Positions 1-13,200 of a stretch of DNA of 64,000 nt are shown here, piece by piece; the stretch's first letter is position 1, and each line of letters starts with the position of its first letter. The notes below the pieces were generated by a model, which saw only the letters and a program-made list of their open reading frames with translations, was not told the DNA's origin and made no database searches. The stretch lies in assembly GCA_001662655.1 (NCBI GenBank), contig KV460212.1. One strand, written 5' to 3'. The translations under genes and the position numbers were made by a program. The DNA comes from Pseudogymnoascus verrucosus. Its lineage: Eukaryota.

Positions 1-875
1 TCCGCCGTATCTCCATTTGCATAGGTATCATTGGCCCTCATGGGTAATACCAAGACCAAATGCTATCTTTTCTCTCGTACCTGGACCCCGTGGGGTTCAG
101 GAACAGGTATGGTCCACGGGTAATGTGAATTTGCAAAGGTCGAGTCACGGTGAGAATAAACAGTCTAGTGGTGACAGAGTCCTGCTACGCCGCAAATGTG
201 CATGAAGCAGGGTCCAGCCGGAAGCCGGATTGGCTTACAGATCAGTCTAGAATAGACACACACGACGAATTGTCATATAGCCTCATCTCGGACTTGTGGG
301 ACTTGTGTTGGATGTCCTGGATTGGATAAGGCGTGGACCGAGCGTATATTGGGAATTATCGCTTCCACTCACAGGCCTCCAACATGCATATGGTGGCTGG
401 GCTCCTGTCCATATACGGAAATTAGCCAATAATCGAGTTATGAAATGCAGGTACCTTTCATACTAACGATCGGAACAAGCTCCGCGGCGTCTTCCCGTCT
501 TCCCACCACATGGAGACCAGGTCAGAGATCAGCTCTGATCAGCACACTTTGATCGAAGGTTCTTCTATTTAAGCTGCACCCTAAACACGCAGAGAGTAAC
601 ACGTTTGTAGATCCGTAGGACAGAACAGACGCAAGACGCGGGGAACTGTGAAGTTCAAGCACCGCCCATATAAGATCAATAGTACTAGTAAAGAGGCAAA
701 AGAAAAGCTTTATTGAGATATGGTGGGCCTGACATCCAGTAGTGCCCTGTCCTTGCCGCTGAGTGTAGCGCTGCCTAATTATACATACTCCGTTAGTTGG
801 GATGGTTGGGGAAAGCAGAGGTCGCTTGGCTCTCCTTCTGGCTCCTTCGTCAGTTTTCCACTGTCAATGGTGGTA

Positions 876-884
876 TCACGTGAC
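876..884. promoter_or_regulatory. bHLH E-box (Cbf1-like) upstream of CDC37
   Basis: TCACGTGAC; a CACGTGAC also lies at 36011-36018 upstream of DHFR. Confidence 0.35.
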
Positions 885-1054
885 TACACATATAAACAGA
901 GCAAACATAGCAAACTAGCCGTAGGTGTGTGTATCTCATGGAAGGTTCGACAACATCACCATAGAAATTATTGGGCGTGTTATATGCTCTAACACACATT
1001 GACACCTTCAATTTTTTTACTAAAACTACTCTAAAGACCCTTGAATACTTCAAG

Positions 1055-2669
1055 ATGCCTTTAGATTACAGTAAATGGGTATGTACTTAACTCCCATCTA
1101 AATCCGAAGCTTTATTCTCTACCCCACCAACCCCGCGTTGTCCAAGGCTGACCACCACCTCAGGATGCTCTCGAGCTGAGTGACGACTCGGACATCGAAG
1201 TTCACCCAAACGTGGACAAACGCTCCTTTATCCGCGCGAAGCAGAATCAAATCCACCAAGAGCGTGATCACCGCAAGCTCCAAATTGCCACATTTAAATA
1301 TGAGCGCATCATCAATGACGGTTTCCTCAAGCGTATTGAGGGGCTCCTCAAGGCTTTAGAATCCCACAAGTCTGAGGCCGAATCTCGTAATGCCGATGAA
1401 ATTATATTCCAATCTCTTATGGAATCAGCAGATCCAGACAATGATCAGCCCCCTGCAAGACCACAGGGTGTCCACACGGACGAGAAGGAGCTGCCTTCAT
1501 ACTCCAAAATGATTGCCACCCTCATCGACCAGGTTAAAGCCACAGTCGCAGAAAAGAACGTGGCCGACTCTAACAAGCTGCCCGCGTACCTTGAAGAAGT
1601 GAAGCAGCACAAGGCAAAAGTGGACGACCTACAGCGCCAACTCAATGAGAAACTCACGGAGCTCGAGCTCACCGATAGCAAGAAAATCACCAGCGAAAGC
1701 ATACACACCGGCTTCGACTCCTCTTCCGTCAACAAATCCAACCCTCCTCCACCTACAACAGCAAAACCCTCTGGTGCGAAACCAAGAGCCAAGAAAGTTG
1801 AAGTCCTGAATCCGCAAGCCCTTGACAAGACACCCAGCCGAGATTCCGGCGCAGACGCCGATGTCGACGAGCCTATAGCAGCAGCACCAGGTGACTCCTC
1901 CGACGATGAAGAACACCACGCTACTGAAATTGGCAAGAAATTTGCACGCATCAAGATGGGCGACTACCGCGCCTGCGTCAACTTCATCGGGGAGCATCCC
2001 GAGGTGATCGCCGAGCGTGAGACAGACGGCCTCTTAATCATGGCGTTCGACGCCGAGCTTGCCGGAAAATCCAGCGTGGCACAGCAGTGTGTCCACCAAG
2101 CACTACTGTTGCAATACTGCAGGACGCTCGGACGCGACGGTGTCGGCTTGTTCTTCAAGCGCATCACTACCCCAGGACATCAGGCGCAGAAGGTCTTCAC
2201 GGACGACGTAAAGGATACGTACCTGCGTATCCACAAGCGCGCGAAGGAGATCCTGAAGGAGCGCGAGAAGGAAGAGGAGGCCGGAGGCGTGGAGCAGATC
2301 CAGCTGCATGCCGTGGAGCCAGGGACTGAGATCAAGATTTTCGTGCCGCCGAAGGAGCTGCTTGAGTCGGCGGATGAGGAGGAACGGAGGAGTCGCGAGA
2401 TCTTCGAGGCCTTCCCGCCTGGACTGCAGCGTGCGCTGGAGAGTGCGAGTCTTGATGAGGTCAATAAGGTGCTGGGGAAAATGAGTGTAGATGAGGCTGA
2501 GGAGGTGGTGGGGCAGCTGAGTGAAGGGGGGATGTTGAGTTTGGGGGAGCAGATTATTGATACCACGACGGCCGAGGGGCAGGCTGAGTTGAAGAGGCTG
2601 GAGGAGGAGGAGAAGGAGTCGAAAGAGGAGAGGGAGAAGTTGGACAAGTATGCTGGGGACCCAGAGTGA
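1055..2669 (+). CDS. CDC37: Hsp90 co-chaperone Cdc37
   Basis: Exon 1 MPLDYSKW (1055-1078), intron 1079-1163 (GTATGT..CTGAC..CAG), then DALELSDDSDIEVHPNVDKRSFIRAKQ, the hallmark Cdc37 N-terminus with the CK2 SDDSD site; continues in ORF 1212..2669. Confidence 0.96.
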
Positions 2670-3112
2670 ATAGAATGAACCAGGAGCATGTTGCGTGGGA
2701 TAGCGACGAGTAGTCACTCGCTCTCAAAAATGCATCTTGCACCTTAAAATAGTGTATTTACATACCAATATTATTTACCACTACTCGTCTTGTAAGTCAG
2801 CAAAGCGATTCGTTGAAGCAGCCCGACAAAACTTTTCCTATGTTTAAATTATCCGCGGACGCGGTCACGATAGTTGCAATTTAAAAGTTAAGTGACTTGT
2901 TCTGTTCCTATCTGCCCAGGCAGCTTATATCATACACAAACGTTACAAATAACCAGCGGCCTTCTCTCCATCTAGCTGCACCGCCTACAAGCCCCATACT
3001 ATTCCGCCGAAAATAATATTGATCACACTTCCAAATGGCTCAAACCATTTCATTGAACGTCAGTACGCCTTTACTGTCTATTTCAGACGGCCTGTGTCCC
3101 AGATAGTGGCGT

Positions 3113-4504
3113 CTAATACGGCCCAGTTGAATCTTTCCTCAGAATCTCCGCCACATCATCATCAATCCCGTCCATGTCATCACCGCCCATCTCAGGGAAG
3201 TCATAAGCCAGATTCATCTTTCGCCTCTTATTCGCGCTGCCCTCGCCGTTCTCGTGCCCATTAGTTGCGGAGAGCTGGCCGTAAGGGCCGGCGGAGAGGC
3301 TAGCAAGGAGGTCTGAGCCAGGAGCCGAGGAAAACGATTGAGTGGCTGTTTCTACTGATGGTTGGCTTACGTCGGCTTGTGCCTCAGGGGCGGGAGGCGG
3401 GGTAGTTGCCTCGAAGGGAGGTGGAGTCAAAGCTTCGACTTCGGGCCTGTCGGCTTCTGGAGCTGGCGTGGTCGGTGAATGTGATTGCCCGGGAGTTGCA
3501 TCAGTGGGCGTAGCAGGATTGCTGCCGGTACCAAAGCCCTTCATTATGACATCCTCAACTTCGCGCTTCTTGGAATCGATTTCTGTGCGCTGAGCTGAGA
3601 GATCGGCAAGCTGTTCCTGCTCCTTCAAAAGAATGGTGCGGTTCGAATTGAGGATTTTCTCGAGGCCTTCGATGAGGAGGGTGCGCGCTTTAATGCTTTC
3701 GGCCACGGCCCCTTCGGCGTTGGCGAGGGTCTTGAGGAGACCGTTTAGGCGTGCGGCGTGGACTGGAGCAGATGGAGGAACTGCAGCTGGGTCGGTGAGC
3801 TTTTCATAATCCATGGTAGCAGCATTGACGGCGGTTTTTGTAGGTGCTGCAAGCTTCGTGAGGGCTTGTTGTGGAGCGACGAGTGGCACAAGCTCTGTTG
3901 GGACAGAGGCGCCACCTTTGGAAAATATACCGCCATCGCCGAAGCCTCGTTTGCCAGACGACTTGTTTTTATCAAGTTCATCAATACGAGACTCTATGGA
4001 GTCTTGGATTGGTGTCTCAAATATCTGTCGCTGCCTCCAGACTTCAACGACGCGCCTCAGTTTTTGTTGGACGTCGTTTGTGGCTCCTTTGTAAGCAGTT
4101 GCTGTTGCTTCTGCGATGACCGGCGAGAATGCAATCAGGAAGTCGTCCTTCTTGCGGGCTTTTGATTGCTGTGCTACCTCTGTATGAATAGTTAGCATGG
4201 CTCCTACGATCTCGGCGATTTCAACATGATGATTGCTGGGGGATACAACGTACCATTGGCGAGGTAAACCAGGTTCAATCTCTTATTGCTATTGGAGTCC
4301 TTGAGGCGCTGGAGCCAGAGCTGGCCCGTCCTATCTGCATGTCTCCTGTTTGCGAGTGTCAGTAACTGCATAGTGCCGCTGAGTCTGATTCATTTGCGTT
4401 TCGTACCTGTGGAACATCACCCATTGGGCGACAGTGACGATGCTTTCTTGAGTCTCATTGAGAGCGGAAAGCTTCGCAAGGACGGCATCATCAGTGTAGG
4501 CCAT
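3113..4504 (-). CDS. RTT103: Pol II CTD-interacting domain (CID) protein, Rtt103/RPRD-like
   Basis: N-terminus MAYTDDAVLAKLSALNETQESIVTVAQWVMFHR|RHADRTGQLW..KRLNLVYLAN|EVAQQSK..LRRVVEVWRQRQIF is a CID domain; 2 introns; coiled coil downstream. Confidence 0.8.
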
Positions 4505-4955
4505 GATTTGCAGCTTTGGCAGGTATAAGTTGATTAAATTTCGCAATATATGGATCGGCGATGAGTTTCTTGGTTTGTTGATTCCGACTACAAAGCCTTG
4601 CGTCGAACGGCGATGTTTGTGGTTATGGCAATTATCTCAGCAATCAAGCAATATTGTTATGGTGCTCTTCAAAGAGAGGACTTGTAGAGAAGGCAATATA
4701 GGGGATATGTTCCACTACATGTAGGCATGAGGAGTTGCATATGAGAGTTGTTGCATGTACGTGGTGATAGCTAAAGCTGATACTGTAGCTGCAGCGCTGT
4801 GGGGCTTTATTGTGAGGGCGTCTCGGGTAGTTCCGTGGGGTCGACCTCCAGGTCCCAACTTCATGGCCCTTCAGACCAAGCGTCGCATCTAACCCTATAA
4901 TTCGCATCAACGATCACCAAACCATCCTCAATCCCGTCATAACAATAAATACAAT

Positions 4956-5784
4956 ATGGCGGATAGATTCCCTTCCCTCGAAGAGTTTGACTCCGGAGGT
5001 AAGCACTTTATAGAGGTGATCTCATTCTGGCTTATCTGACAACACCGTAGCCCAAACCGAGAGCAAGGGAGAGGCCAACTTCGATGTCAGCTCCCCAGCC
5101 GGCGACGACTTCCTCTCTCGTGAGAGGGCAGTTCTAGGAGAAGATGCCACCCAATTCGCGTCGAAGAACGACAAGGCCGCTTTCGTGGATGATGATGACG
5201 AAGACGATCTGCTTGGTGGAGGCAACAACGGAGGAGAGGAGGTGACTGAGTTCCAGAACAACTATCCTGACGTCAATGCCAACGATAATGTCCGCATCCC
5301 AAAAGCCTTTATCGCCTTGACAGATTATACTGACAAATCACAGTTCGGTCCCACTGGTGGCGCCATAACCTCAAGCAACTACCCATCCTCTTACACCCCC
5401 CCAAGCAACGAGCCAGAACCAGAAGTTGTCCGTGAATGGCGCGAGCGCAGAGACCTTGCTTTACAAGATCGCGAAGAGAAGTCGGAGCAAAAGAAGGCAG
5501 AGACTATCAAGGACGCCCAGCAGAACATCGACGATTTCTACGATAACTACAACCAAAAGAAGGAGAAGACTGTCGCCCAAACGCGCCGTGAAGCCGAGGA
5601 GTTCCTTGCGAACAGAGAGGACACCAGCGCCGGGGGCACCAGCTGGGAGCGCATTGCGAAGCTCGTGGATCTCAGCGGAAAGGGTACCAAGGGAGGCGCC
5701 AGCGGAACTGGAAAGGAGAAGTTCAGGGAGCTGCTGCTTAACTTGAAGAAGGATGAGAAAGCTCCAGGTGCAAGTGGACTTTAA
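4956..5784 (+). CDS. CLC1: Clathrin light chain
   Basis: MADRFPSLEEFDSG, DFLSRERAVLGEDA, EPEVVREWRERR, GTSWERIAKLVDLS, KFRELLLNLKKDEKAPGA; 2 introns. Confidence 0.95.
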
Positions 5785-6302
5785 GTGCTGCGTCGTTGGG
5801 CTTGTAAATTATATTGCGTTAAGGGTATTTGAGACGGAGCCAGATCTCACTCCCTGAAACTGGCTGGCGTTAGGAGAATAATAATCCGTCATACACTACC
5901 ATAGTTAATCCCTTTTGCTAAAAGCGTGATATTTACCCCACAACTGGCACTGTTTGAGCCTGGTGCCTTATTGCATTTGTAATATGTGGTTGGTTCGATC
6001 GATCTAACACTGTAAAATGCAACCTGACATTTGGTTCACCTAAATACCAACAGCGGAACTCTATATTTCAGTCAAATAGCCATCTTAACGATAGATCACG
6101 GCATACGGGACACAAAGACACTAATATCCTCCTCGGAAGCTCATTCTGATGGGGATGCACATGTTTTTCGATACAAATGAGATGTAATGAGATTGCGGCG
6201 ACCTGTTCAATGTCTTCTATCTTCATGTACAGTACAATAATCGTCCAGATGCCGCCATCAGTGGTATGTCCAATCCCCGTTTACCCATTGGCCTATCATC
6301 TC

Positions 6303-6797
6303 CTAGTTCTTGCCGAACCACGTCTTGTGTCCGAGAACCATGCGGCTCATCATGTACATCGACCCTATATTGAACGTCAGGAAAAGCTCGGAACTTCGAC
6401 TGTTGCGCCACGCAACCAGATAAAAGCTTACCAGCCAAGCCACCGAAGAGGATGGTGTAGTATGGGTAGAGAAGGATCTTGCTTCTTGCGGTCTGTATGA
6501 CGAAGTTAGTTCCAAGTTCAAATATTTGTCTTCCCTGCCGAGCAAACGGGTTGTCGAAGACGTGGGAGGCAGCATACCTGGTTCCATTGGCGGACACCAT
6601 TCTTTTGGCCCTCCTGGAATAGGCGCTGGTAGTAAGGGACGCGATTCTCGCGGTTGACGAAGCTGTCGGCAAAGATTGATTAGCATTCTATTCGGATAGT
6701 TCTGGATCGGGTGAGGAGCCATTGGAAGGGCAACGTGGTGCCTGAGCGTAGCAGGTTTGCGCATAGTGTGTACACAACTTTTGACTTACCCTGCCAT
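6303..6797 (-). CDS. COX7: Cytochrome c oxidase subunit 7 (COX7/VIIa family)
   Basis: Four exons join to MAG|FVNRENRVPYYQRLFQEGQKNGVRQWNQ|TARSKILLYPYYTILFGGLA|GSMYMMSRMVLGHKTWFGKN; NRVxxYQxxFQ motif plus one TM helix; canonical introns. Confidence 0.85.
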
Positions 6798-7057
6798 TGT
6801 GTCTTGTTGTGAATTGAAGCGCTTAAGAGTGGTTGAGTTGTTGCGATGCGTTGCGTGGGCTGATGAGCAGTGAAGTTCCGAGGACATCGGAGGAACCAGG
6901 TTCGGATGACTAAGCGGGATTTGCTCGGCGATCAAATACCTACGTACATAAATTCTTGGTGCTAGGGTGCCAGTATGACTTTTGCTCCAGAGAAACACAG
7001 TGGCGATGGCATCTGTAATGCTATATCATGCTACTAGGCTAACGGTTATGAAATAGT

Positions 7058-9661
7058 ATGCGCCCAGCGCTTCAAAGGCTTCTTTCAAGGCCTTCGTCGC
7101 TGGATTTATTGCGGCTCATCGTCGATGGCCCGCTGTGCATGAATTCGACGTTGCCTCAATACAGAAGCCAATCGCTGAGGCCACGACGAACCTCAGCTTA
7201 CAGTTCGACATCAAAAGCCAAATCTTCAAATAAACTATCTATAACGCCTTCGGATAATAGCGATGCCCGACTGGAAATATCGAATCGGAAAGGAGGGAGG
7301 CCGTACACATCTTGTACTCGGCAGCAGAAGCACGAAGCTCATGGACAGCTACCCAGTGTACGACCTGAAGTCCAAAACAATACTTTTACCAAGCGGGGTA
7401 TAAACGAAGCCGAACCTATACCAAAACTGTCCGATTTAGACTTGAAATCCGTTGTTGACGAGCTGAAGAAACGTCAATTGAACACTTCAACCGCAAGGTC
7501 TTTCGGAAATACGGTTGAACAAGAGAGCACGGAGCGGCTGTGGAGTTATGTGGAGTGTGGACTGCATCAGGATGGCAGTGAAGCCGTGCGAGATATATGG
7601 GAGTATATCAGGTCGACAGGCTTGCATCTCCCTGTGCAGGGTCCTTCAGCAATGAGCAAAGGCGGCCTGGCGGACAATATCTGGGTGCCTATCGTCGAAC
7701 TTGGGTTTAAAGAACCCGAAACATTGGACGGTATATGCCAATATGCCAATGAAATGTACGATGCGTCTGGGACACGGTGGTTAAAGCTTTACTTCTATGT
7801 TATTCAACATATGCTTCTAAATCATCGTGGCTCTGATGCCGTTCACTGGCACGATATCTTGTCGCGTCGTCACCGCCCTGGACCAGCGACCTTTCAGCGT
7901 CTGATGCGAAATGTCATTATTTCCAAGGAGGGAGACCACAAGGCCCTGAAAAAGATTTATATCCGGAATCCATACCGGTCAATATACTCGAAAATTGTCC
8001 CCGTTTTGCTTCAGAATCAAGAATTTGATAAAGCTTTCGATTGGCACATGTTTCTGCAACATCATCGCGATTTACCTCTCAATGCGGACATTGTTCAGCC
8101 GCTGATACAATACTTCTCCATATTCGACCCAAAGACGGCAAAGGGGATCTCAAGTGGCCTCACAGCTTCTGGTAACAGCTTGGCCCTCGGAACAACGACA
8201 GAAGGAGGCGAGGATAAGTCTGACTCTCGAGAGGACATGCTGAGCATAATGAGTGGCGAGGCCCCAGGCTCTGTAGTAAAGGGGTCGCAAGCCGACCTGT
8301 GGGTTGCCCGTTGGTTTGCAACGAAATGGGTGACGTTGGACATCGCCATCAATACTGCGCATGCTCTGAAAGTCGAATCTATCGGACCACTTGCATTACA
8401 GGCGATTGCTCTCCGTGAGCCAGTAGCTGCAGATATCACAAGCAGAATAGGCCAGCTGGAACAGCGCGGTATCGGTGTTGGACAATCGACATATTCAAAG
8501 GCGCTGACATCATTCGCAAAGCGAGGCCAGCAAGGCCTTTTGGAAGCCCTATTAGAAAGTGACCAGCATCCACTATCTTTCGATGACCGGGTTCTGCAGG
8601 AGAAGTTGTTGACGGCCTATGCGAAGGCAGGCGATTGGCGTCAACACCAACTTATCTTGGCTGTGCAACTTGCCAGCGCTATTGATCCAGTGATGGAACA
8701 ATACAACATGCAGCTCCGTAACCATGCAACACAGAGAGACCAAGCGGCGATAGTCAAGGTACTGGAAACTATGCGCATGAATCGAATCGCCGTAGAGATT
8801 GCAACAATACGCTTTATCCTGCGAGCTATACTTCGTCCTCGAACCCGTGGCCATGGGCCAGACAACTCAGTACCCGGATATGTGGAACAAGATATTGGCC
8901 TGGCCATCTCAATTCTGAAGAACATTATGGAGTACAATAGATTCGTCCCTATAACGGTATGGCGCGAGGTGACACGGAGACTAGGCATGTTGGGTCGAAT
9001 GAACGACCTTCATGGCCTCAGCCTGTGGCTCGTCGACCAATACGGCCCCGATAATAATGGACGCACTCGAATATTAGGCACCAGTCCGACGCTTCCTACC
9101 CGCCAGCCTCAGCTCTCAACCGGCCACCCACTGCATCCTCTTCGACTATTATTCTCGGACGTCAGGCAGCGCTCAATTGTGGAATGGGGCTTCATCTGGG
9201 GCCTGATGTCATATGCCACGTCAGTGGGTTCTAGCCCAGGGCTCATAGCAGCAACCACTGCCGAAGAACAGAAGAACCTTGCTTTGGAGCAGATGACGCA
9301 AGGAATCCGTTTCGTGAAAGAGCTGCAGAAACGTGGTGTTTATATCAAAGAGAGCAGTGTCCGCCGCGCGGTGCGGGTGCGTCTTGTGATTCTATATGGC
9401 CGCAAGGAATCTGTCCAACAGCACAATCGCAAGTGGCGCTCCTACAACCCGCTAAGTCTTGAGGAAGTAGTGAAAGGGGCAGAAGTAGCGTGGGGAAATC
9501 CGCTATTCCCGAGTGTCGAGGCTGTACGCCTTATGATTGAGAATGGGGGGAAGCAAGCAAACCCTCCACCACGGGCGCGGGGACCTGTGACAGGCATTGC
9601 TGGAAGCTCTGTAAATGTTGATTTAGATGTTCGCAGGAGATATGATAGACAGGCAGTTTAA
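7058..9661 (+). CDS. Putative mitochondrial helical-repeat (PPR-like) protein, 867 aa
   Basis: Single long ORF; Arg/Ser/Leu-rich N-terminus like a mitochondrial presequence; PPR-like segments (TYSKALTSFAKRG, LLTAYAKAGDW, YNMQLRNH..LETMRMNRI, VWREVTRRLGMLGR). Confidence 0.65.
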   Translation: MRPALQRLLSRPSSLDLLRLIVDGPLCMNSTLPQYRSQSLRPRRTSAYSSTSKAKSSNKLSITPSDNSDARLEISNRKGGRPYTSCTRQQKHEAHGQLPSVRPEVQNNTFTKRGINEAEPIPKLSDLDLKSVVDELKKRQLNTSTARSFGNTVEQESTERLWSYVECGLHQDGSEAVRDIWEYIRSTGLHLPVQGPSAMSKGGLADNIWVPIVELGFKEPETLDGICQYANEMYDASGTRWLKLYFYVIQHMLLNHRGSDAVHWHDILSRRHRPGPATFQRLMRNVIISKEGDHKALKKIYIRNPYRSIYSKIVPVLLQNQEFDKAFDWHMFLQHHRDLPLNADIVQPLIQYFSIFDPKTAKGISSGLTASGNSLALGTTTEGGEDKSDSREDMLSIMSGEAPGSVVKGSQADLWVARWFATKWVTLDIAINTAHALKVESIGPLALQAIALREPVAADITSRIGQLEQRGIGVGQSTYSKALTSFAKRGQQGLLEALLESDQHPLSFDDRVLQEKLLTAYAKAGDWRQHQLILAVQLASAIDPVMEQYNMQLRNHATQRDQAAIVKVLETMRMNRIAVEIATIRFILRAILRPRTRGHGPDNSVPGYVEQDIGLAISILKNIMEYNRFVPITVWREVTRRLGMLGRMNDLHGLSLWLVDQYGPDNNGRTRILGTSPTLPTRQPQLSTGHPLHPLRLLFSDVRQRSIVEWGFIWGLMSYATSVGSSPGLIAATTAEEQKNLALEQMTQGIRFVKELQKRGVYIKESSVRRAVRVRLVILYGRKESVQQHNRKWRSYNPLSLEEVVKGAEVAWGNPLFPSVEAVRLMIENGGKQANPPPRARGPVTGIAGSSVNVDLDVRRRYDRQAV

Positions 9662-10217
9662 TGATACCCCTTTTTAATATCGCACTCAATACACTCTGAT
9701 ATATGCTCGCATGTGCTTCATAGCTGGACTTTACGGTGGATTTCACATGGCAGAAACAAATGTCAATGCAGCAGGTCATTGCAATCACTCAGGGAAATCT
9801 CTCACAACAGGCGAAATGCCTGTTTGCAGGTTTGCAAGGTATCAATAACTGTAGCTTGCATATCTTCCCCCTGTTATGCCGTGCTATTTATCGCAAAATT
9901 GGGTAAAACGGCCACCAACGAGCAGCAACAACCAAACAATCAGAAACCAATTATGCTTCTGGATGTTGTTCTACCCCGCACCTAGAAGCAATTCTGCTGC
10001 CTGCAGAGTAGCGCGATATCTCATACATACGCCGACGCGCCGTTTCCATGTGTTATGCCTCTATGACCGTTTTTGCTGCAATCCGGCGAGCCCACCATAT
10101 CCCCATCCGTTACCCGTAATTGTACGCCGGTCGCTAATGTCAAAACCTTCAAAAACTGCGCCAAGAGCCATCCGCGAATAGCGGAATTCGTTACGTCGTC
10201 CAAGTTCGTACCCAGAT

Positions 10218-13200
10218 CTAAACATCGGCATCATTCATCTCATTTCCGCTAGGGCCACAAATATCCGATACGGGATCCAATACTTCTGACGAGCTGAACG
10301 CATCGTCGGAATTCTCCCATTCTATCTCCTTTTAGCCAAAGTCATATTCTGTAAAGGGGTATCAACAAACCTGAAACCTCATCTTCAGCCAGTTCGTCAA
10401 CTGTCAGCCTCTTCAGCTGCGAAAGCACGCCTACATATTGTTTAGCACACGTCGTGGTATCATTTGGAAATAGGCACTCACTGGTATAATAGTCTTGAAA
10501 TGGTATTTCATCAGGGTTCTCGATCGCGTCGTCGTAGTATGGCTTGCAAGCTTCAATGACCGCCAGGATATTCATGATGTTAGCCTTCACCGCTTCTGCC
10601 CTCCGCCTGACGTGTTTCTCATGGAGATATCGAAGGCATGCAATACCAAGCAGCCGTATGGTAGATGTAATGACCTGAGAATTCGCTTGAGCCTCGGTGG
10701 AAATATCGTCAGGTAGCTGCGCTCCATGACGGAAGAGAGTTGATTGAAGATAGTCTTCTGTTTCGCGCCGAATTGCTGACTCGTCATGAGTAAGTAGGTT
10801 AGGTGCCCACACCTGAATTTGGTCAACGGCAAAGCGGAAGAATGCACCGTGGTCGATATTGGGGTTTTTGGAGGGAACCTCAAGAAGCTCTTTGAAGAAT
10901 CGAAGAAAATCTCTACCCTCAGAGCTGTCAATACCGCGAGCGACGTTGCTGACATGGTAAACCATCTTTTCAATGCTTTCCATCGAGTCTACGGTGCGGC
11001 AATATGTCACAGCAGCAGCAAGAAATGGTGCTGCTGACGACGTTGTGCTGGGCGCCTTGCGAATACCCTGGCGGATGGCATTGAAGACGCAGGTGTAACT
11101 ATCGTCAAAGTGTTCCAGCAGAAGTCCAATTACTGCCTGTGTAGATCGTGGATTCTGGTTATAGTTCAGCAACTTCTCTGTCAAAATGTTCATATTGCCT
11201 CTTGTCCAGTGCTGGATAAGAAGATTATACTCGGGGGTACTGAGCGGTAGAAGTGTGTCTTCTTCTGCCAAGGCAAGTCGACTTATACGCTCTGAGATGT
11301 GCCCAGCTGCGAGATCGCACGATTTGAGTAAAACCTCCAATAGGCCAATGATATTCTCCAACGAGACAGGTCTCGTAACTGATCTTTTTTGGATAATAGT
11401 AAGCATACGCGCGTACTGCGGGTGTGTCGGTAGAGCCGAATCTGCAGTCAAAACTTCGAGTACTTTGAGGAGGAACCCCGCGTCAAGAAGGGAGGCTGTC
11501 TCAAATGTGCCTAGTCCCACAATGCGAATTAGGAGGCCAAAATATTCTGGCCAGGCCTTTATGCTCATGTGGAAGCTATCCCAGAACCTCAGTAGTATGC
11601 CGACTACCTTGGCGAACAGCCTTGGGCTTTCGATAAATTCAACGTCGTCCTCAACTTCGCTGCCATATCCACTTAAACCGTAGTCAAATGTGGCATCTTC
11701 TTTCACTTTGTTGAGGGCGGCCATAACAGCCAAGGCAATTTCGCTCCGTACCATATGATCTGGGTTTCGCATCAATAGCTGCCTAAATGCTTCTTGGTGG
11801 TGTGCCAGCCAATCTAAGAAATCCTCGCAACAATCAGTGCAGGATTTTAGTCTGTGGCATAATGTCAGCATGTATGTGCCGAAATCCGGAAGATCTTTCG
11901 CTCGCGCGATGACTTGATCCAGATGAAGCAGGGTAGTTGACAATGCCAGTCTGCTTAGACTGTGGTCATCTGGCGAGCGTCCGTTGCGAAAATGTCGATC
12001 ATTATCCATCATTCTTAGCACAAACTGCGCATGTGACTCGTCGTAAAGGCAGTACTTCCTCAGGAGCATTTCATTCTCGCGAGTTATGTAATTGCTGAAG
12101 AGCTGCGGTATTGGCAGCTGGAATGTGCGTTGGTTGGTAGCTGCCATTAGCTCCTGTTGGTGTTCCTCGACGACAGATGACCGCTGGTAGAAAAGCATAT
12201 ATGCACTCCAGCTCTTGTCAAATTGAAATGACCCATTCTCGGGGCCGCGGTAGTCAAGGCCGCCAAAGCAACTGGCTTCGATACTGTTGGGATCAAAAGA
12301 AGTGACATGATCATCGTTGAATTCAACCCATGCCGGATGCTTCCCATGCGATGGTCTCTCTCGAATGTACGAGTAATAGTGGCCAGACTCCGCAGTTCCT
12401 GAATGAACAAGTATTCCAACAAGTTCAAACATATCGCTTGGTATTTCCCCATCCATAAGATGCTCCACTTTATACGGACGCATGTCGATCTTATGCGGAA
12501 AGCTGAAGTAGTCGTTGATCTTGCTTCGCTGCATGGTGCGCAGGTTGAAGTCGAATCTCTTGAGATGGAAAATCAGATTGTCAGGGACGTCTTGTAGGCA
12601 GGCCCTTTTGACCGCATTAACATCCCTATCACATGTCGAACATTTATACTTGTTGTCTCCTTCCATGACCTCGCCATCAACATAGGCCTGAAGGCTCTCC
12701 TGGAGCGAACTTTTGCCTTTAATGTCGCATTGTATGGCCGAGAATGGCTCTAGACTCTCCGAGATATGCGGGCATTCCTTGGATTTCACTTGATGAACCA
12801 GCTGCCCGCCATAGAAAGACCGAAATAGTAGCTTGTCTTCTGGAGATGATATCTGGCTTTCCCAGCGATCTATGAGTAGATTGTAGAATTCATCCACGTC
12901 CATCTGGATATTAACATCAATGTTGGTATCGTCATATGTTCGAATAGAAAGTGCAAGGCTGGTTGGGTCGATGAATCGTTTGAAGCTATTTTGCATAAAT
13001 CCGAAGAGCTTTTGAGTCTCAGCGAGCAGCTTTTGATTCGAACTACCTTCTGACAAGGGGTCCTCTAATAAGGGGACGTTCAGCATGAAGCCTCGGAAAG
13101 AGATATTCATAAAAAGTTGGGTGAACAGAGAGTTCAAGTAACATGTGTTCGATAGGTTCTTCAAGCCAACGTATCCAGTCGGCGAGCGCAAATATTTAGA

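Noticed and set aside
938..1054. Heat-shock element upstream of CDC37
   Set aside because: Only two nGAAn units (GAAGGTTC), and CTTGAATACTTCAAG has the wrong spacing
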